Assembly (NCBI GenBank): GCA_965218095.1
Contig: OZ244587.1
Coordinates: forward strand, 1,120,001-1,184,000
DNA from: Candidatus Poribacteria bacterium
Lineage (GTDB): Bacteria; Poribacteria; WGA-4E; PCPOR2b
Length of the DNA stretch: 64,000 bases
Direction of reading: 5' to 3'
Below the pieces are notes generated by a model, which saw nothing but the letters and a program-made list of their open reading frames with translations, was not told the DNA's origin and searched no databases. Within the stretch, counting starts at the first letter, position 1. Each line of letters begins with the position of its first letter. A program made the position numbers and the translations under genes. This document shows positions 60,568 to 64,000 of this stretch, in pieces.

Positions 60568-61533
60568 TTATCTCCACCTAGACTTCAGGTCCGCTTCAAT
60601 CTCCGGCCAAGCTACTTGCAGTTTTGCTGCTCCGACCATCAAGGCATACACAACATCGTTAAACTCCTCTGGGATCCCCGTTTCGTGGGTAAATGCCCTC
60701 ACAAACTCAGCGGATTCTTCACCTACTTTTTTACAAATCTCGTTTTTGTCCCCTAAGAGTTTTGAAGTAGACGAACCCATTGGGTTTTGAGCGACTGCAA
60801 CAATTCTGCGGTACTCTTCCTCCCATGGATTGGTGATTTTCCGTCCAATCAACGAGATGTCGCTAAACCGTACAACCTCAGCCACCCTAAGGCCTGTTCT
60901 AGACATTGCACTATCGGGCGATTTGTCTCCGCGATATACGACCTCGACACACCAATCGTGGGTGCCTTCCGCTACAGTGTTCTCAGTGTCACCAGCATAG
61001 GCAACGACGCTGAATTGCAAATCTCTTAATTGGAGTTGTTGCGAAAGGTATTGACAAGATGTTCGTTCATATTTCTTGTTTATGGCAATAGACACGGGTG
61101 GCGAAGATTCAGGAATTAGTCCTTCTCGGTTCAACAAACAGAGAGCAGGCCGTTTGAACTGAGCATTCGGGTCGAACCAATCGTAAGTATTGAGAACCCC
61201 AAGCGGAGAATTGCTAGCCCCCAATATGTACTCATCGAACAAATCGTCTCCGGTAAGGCCATAGGCGACTTCTCCACGTTGGATGCAATCATTGACACGT
61301 TGAGGCACATCCTCTCCCCGTGCTGACACGATGTCAAGGATTCCTTTGCTCCGGTCAGCCTGATCGAACTCGCCTGTATCGCGGACACCGATTTCTCTGA
61401 GGAGACTGTTCACATATTCACTCAAGCCCCTGTTTTTCGGAATATAGAGTGTCGCCCTTGGTTCAGGGACAAATTGACCGATGGTTTCTCGAAACACGTT
61501 TTTCTCCTCTAAAGCAAATGGGTAAGGCATCAA
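60568..61533 (-). CDS. Divergent ATP phosphoribosyltransferase (HisG-like) fused to phosphoribosyl-ATP pyrophosphatase (HisE-like)
   Basis: IPK.RGL, RGEDVP, GLTGDDLFDE, KY, GDTE; then SSTSKLL...KKVGEESAEF...EEFNDVVY...EIEADLKSR. Confidence 0.78.
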   Translation of the reverse strand: MMPYPFALEEKNVFRETIGQFVPEPRATLYIPKNRGLSEYVNSLLREIGVRDTGEFDQADRSKGILDIVSARGEDVPQRVNDCIQRGEVAYGLTGDDLFDEYILGASNSPLGVLNTYDWFDPNAQFKRPALCLLNREGLIPESSPPVSIAINKKYERTSCQYLSQQLQLRDLQFSVVAYAGDTENTVAEGTHDWCVEVVYRGDKSPDSAMSRTGLRVAEVVRFSDISLIGRKITNPWEEEYRRIVAVAQNPMGSSTSKLLGDKNEICKKVGEESAEFVRAFTHETGIPEEFNDVVYALMVGAAKLQVAWPEIEADLKSRWR

Positions 61534-61563
61534 TGCCGGTGTGGCAGGTGGTAGAGTGGTAAG

Positions 61564-62592
61564 CTACGAATCCAGGCGGCTCCAATCAAAAACCGCCGAG
61601 AGATACTCATCCTTCTTTGAAGTCAGGCCCGTGTAGATTTCCTGACAGTCCGTCGGCGAAGCGAGATGGGTAAGCAGGGGTTCGACGATAATACGGTCTT
61701 CAACGATCCAGTTCACAAGTTGCCGGTAGTTTTCCACGATGTTGTGGCGACACCGATCCACTTCGTGGGGTGGCCACCGCCATTCCAGCGAACCAATCAT
61801 TCGGATGGCTTCGAGGTGGATTCTCAACAGCATAGGGGTCGCGTCGAAGACCGCCTTCGCCCGAGGGCTGCCGAGCAGAATCGTTTCACCGTAACCGCGC
61901 GTGAGCATGACCGCCTCTGCAACCAGTTCACTGACGCCAATCGCCTCCACTGCGATGTGAACGCCTTTGCCGCCGGTCCAGTCCATGACGTACTCTTTCA
62001 GGTCAGTCTCATTCGGATTCACTACCCGCTTTATGCCGCATTGTTTCGCTTTTTCAATCCGAATCGGGCTAAGTTCTGAAGCGAGAACATCAGCGCCTGC
62101 CAGTTGAAATAATTGGGCGGCGAAGTTCCCTACCAAACCAAGCCCAATCACCAAAACAGTATCGCCAGGTTGAACTGAGGAGGATCTGACCGCGCTGATA
62201 CTCACTCCTGCCATTCGGGCAAAAACGATTTTCTCCCCAGGCGCGTCCTTCGGCGTCGGCAACGCACATTGGACGGCGTCCGCTTTGACCAGGGAGGCGT
62301 GATTGGAGAAACTCAACACCCGGTCTCCGGGCTTGCACATGGTTACATCCGACCCGATGTCGAGTACTTCGCCCAGGTGACCATACCCGGTGTTCGTGGG
62401 ATACGGATGGCGCTCCTTTCTGAACGGCATCTCCACCACCAGCCCGGTGAATCCGGCACCCTCGGTCCCTGCACTGACGATGGAGTATTCCGCCCGCACC
62501 AGTGCCTGGTTTGGCGCCAGTTTGCCATCAATCTCGCGTTCAAACAATTCAGCCTTATTCATTTCGGTAAAAACAATCTGATACGTTTTCAA
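61564..62592 (-). CDS. Medium-chain (Zn-ADH-like) dehydrogenase
   Basis: SIVSAGTE, GY..LGEV, PGDRV, IGLGLVG. Confidence 0.88.
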   Translation of the reverse strand: MKTYQIVFTEMNKAELFEREIDGKLAPNQALVRAEYSIVSAGTEGAGFTGLVVEMPFRKERHPYPTNTGYGHLGEVLDIGSDVTMCKPGDRVLSFSNHASLVKADAVQCALPTPKDAPGEKIVFARMAGVSISAVRSSSVQPGDTVLVIGLGLVGNFAAQLFQLAGADVLASELSPIRIEKAKQCGIKRVVNPNETDLKEYVMDWTGGKGVHIAVEAIGVSELVAEAVMLTRGYGETILLGSPRAKAVFDATPMLLRIHLEAIRMIGSLEWRWPPHEVDRCRHNIVENYRQLVNWIVEDRIIVEPLLTHLASPTDCQEIYTGLTSKKDEYLSAVFDWSRLDS

Positions 62593-62682
62593 TGGTTTCT
62601 CCTATATAATTCCCTAGTGACTTTCTTCCAAATCACGATTGATCTGAATTTGGAAAATCACAAATGATTCGCAGGGTTTTAC

Positions 62683-63465
62683 TCACGCCGGCCCATATTG
62701 CCCCATATATCCGGTACGGGCACCGAGGATTTCCTTGAGCTCACCTTCGCTTGCGTCAATGACTTCCTGCGCCGGACTGCATCCGGGCCAGCACTGCATC
62801 CAGGGCGGAGTGAAACCGTAGAACATGGTATAACGAGTTCGCTCGGAGAGGATCGGCACGCCGGTATGAATCAACGCCTCTGTGAAGTGCATCACCGATC
62901 CGGCCTTTGCCTCAACCTGAACCACCATCGCCGGATCGAAGATCTCCCGCCAGTCCTTTGCCTCCATTCGATGTGAGGCATTGAGGATCATTGTCCCGCC
63001 ATCTTGGGGGCTGACGTCCGTCAAGTAGGTAGCGTTATTGAGAAACGTCGTGTTGATGTAGGGATGGTTGTTCGCCGGCACGATACCGTATTTCGGTCGA
63101 ATGCCGCGATGCCAGCCCATTTTGGCCCGATCGCGCAGTTCATCGCGCTTTGTTTTCCGGTCCGGGTGTGGGAGTTTGATCATTGCATGGCAGCATTCAA
63201 AACGTGGCGGCGTTCCCAAAAGCTGTTTCAGGACCGGCAGAATCTTCGGGGACATCATCCAGTCCCGAAAAATCTGGTCGTAATTCACCATATTGTCGAT
63301 GTTCTTGATGTCCCCAGTATCCTTATGAACCATAGTCGAGACCTTGCTTTCATAGAGCCGGTCCAGGGCGTCCTTGAACGCTTCGATTTCTTCAAGACTG
63401 AAGACGTTCTCCTGAAGAACCCAGCCATGAACAGCGAAATGATGGAGTTGCGCGTTAGTCAGCAT
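62683..63465 (-). CDS. PhyH-family dioxygenase
   Basis: GWHRG, YLTDV....GGT....SH, AGSV..F.EAL.H. Confidence 0.85.
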   Translation of the reverse strand: MLTNAQLHHFAVHGWVLQENVFSLEEIEAFKDALDRLYESKVSTMVHKDTGDIKNIDNMVNYDQIFRDWMMSPKILPVLKQLLGTPPRFECCHAMIKLPHPDRKTKRDELRDRAKMGWHRGIRPKYGIVPANNHPYINTTFLNNATYLTDVSPQDGGTMILNASHRMEAKDWREIFDPAMVVQVEAKAGSVMHFTEALIHTGVPILSERTRYTMFYGFTPPWMQCWPGCSPAQEVIDASEGELKEILGARTGYMGQYGPA

Positions 63466-63545
63466 AGCTAACTCCTGTTGATGGTTGATAGTTATTGGTT
63501 ATCGTTCTCGATACAAGGCAAGGGGGAATAGCTTAAATCTTGCCC

Positions 63546-63714
63546 CATAGGGATCAACTTAACGGATCTAGCACACCTCTACACCCGCCGACGAATCAGC
63601 GAGCTACCAAGCGGCGTCCGATGAATCGGACTTTCGAGGGCCTAAGAGCCTGATTTATCGGGCGCGGTTCTTTAGTGCGGTGACTTCATCACCGCGCTTA
63701 ACTTAATCCGTATG
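63546..63714. repeat. MITE-like element with imperfect terminal IRs and internal hairpins
   Basis: CATAGGGATCAACTTAA / TTAACTTAATCCGTATG (14/17); internal GTCCGATGAATCGGAC and GCGGTGACTTCATCACCGC. Confidence 0.6.
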
Positions 63715-63721
63715 AAATGGC

Positions 63722-64000
63722 TTAAATCTTCCCCTCTTTTGTCCACTGCTCCATCAGTTCCTTCCTGTACGCCGCCTGACGTTCTTTATTCTCCCTAGCG
63801 CGTTGGGCAAAGTAGACAAACCCTAACGCCCGCCGCGGTCGCTCGCTAGGATTTGCATCCGCCCGGTGAATCGTCATACAGTGATGCGCGATCAGATCTC
63901 CCGGCACCGCATGAATCGGCGCCTCCGCCGCGTAATCCGCCTCACCATAGTCTGTAACCCCCTGGGAAAACCCCAGCACGGCTGTCTGGCGGTGTGGCCG
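63722..64000 (-). CDS. PhyH-family dioxygenase, C-terminal part (runs off the window)
   Basis: PGD...HH..TIHRA..N.S.RPRRA. Confidence 0.75.
   Translation of the reverse strand, partial: RPHRQTAVLGFSQGVTDYGEADYAAEAPIHAVPGDLIAHHCMTIHRADANPSERPRRALGFVYFAQRARENKERQAAYRKELMEQWTKEGKI

Overview
Bacterial chromosomal window from a diderm organism; the mix of PhyH dioxygenases, NHL/HEAT repeats, enolase-superfamily enzymes, a gingipain-like protein with a PorV-like partner and dense small repeats suggests, by inference only, a Poribacteria-like lineage. 0-13 kb: a T9SS-like surface locus (PorU-like C25 protease, PorV-like barrel, DUF4159) and a Ser/Thr kinase. 12.7-15.8 kb: an IS5 copy and a nested pair of IS982-ended elements. 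16-40 kb: catabolic enzymes and many pseudogenes, including an 11x25-bp hairpin array directly upstream of an IS5-interrupted Zn-finger/AAA helicase gene. 40-48.5 kb: a decayed integrated element (Cre-like tyrosine recombinase, HTH, RHH, truncated primase-polymerase, ABC-ATPase plus nuclease pair) whose gene modules are separated by dif-like arm-6-arm sites; this is the best candidate for an undescribed system. 49-57 kb: sugar/acid catabolism and a TonB receptor. 57.6-61.5 kb: a remnant attC cassette cluster next to an unusual HisG-HisE fusion. No rRNA, tRNA or CRISPR array could be supported. All family assignments come from motif recognition by eye, not database searches.
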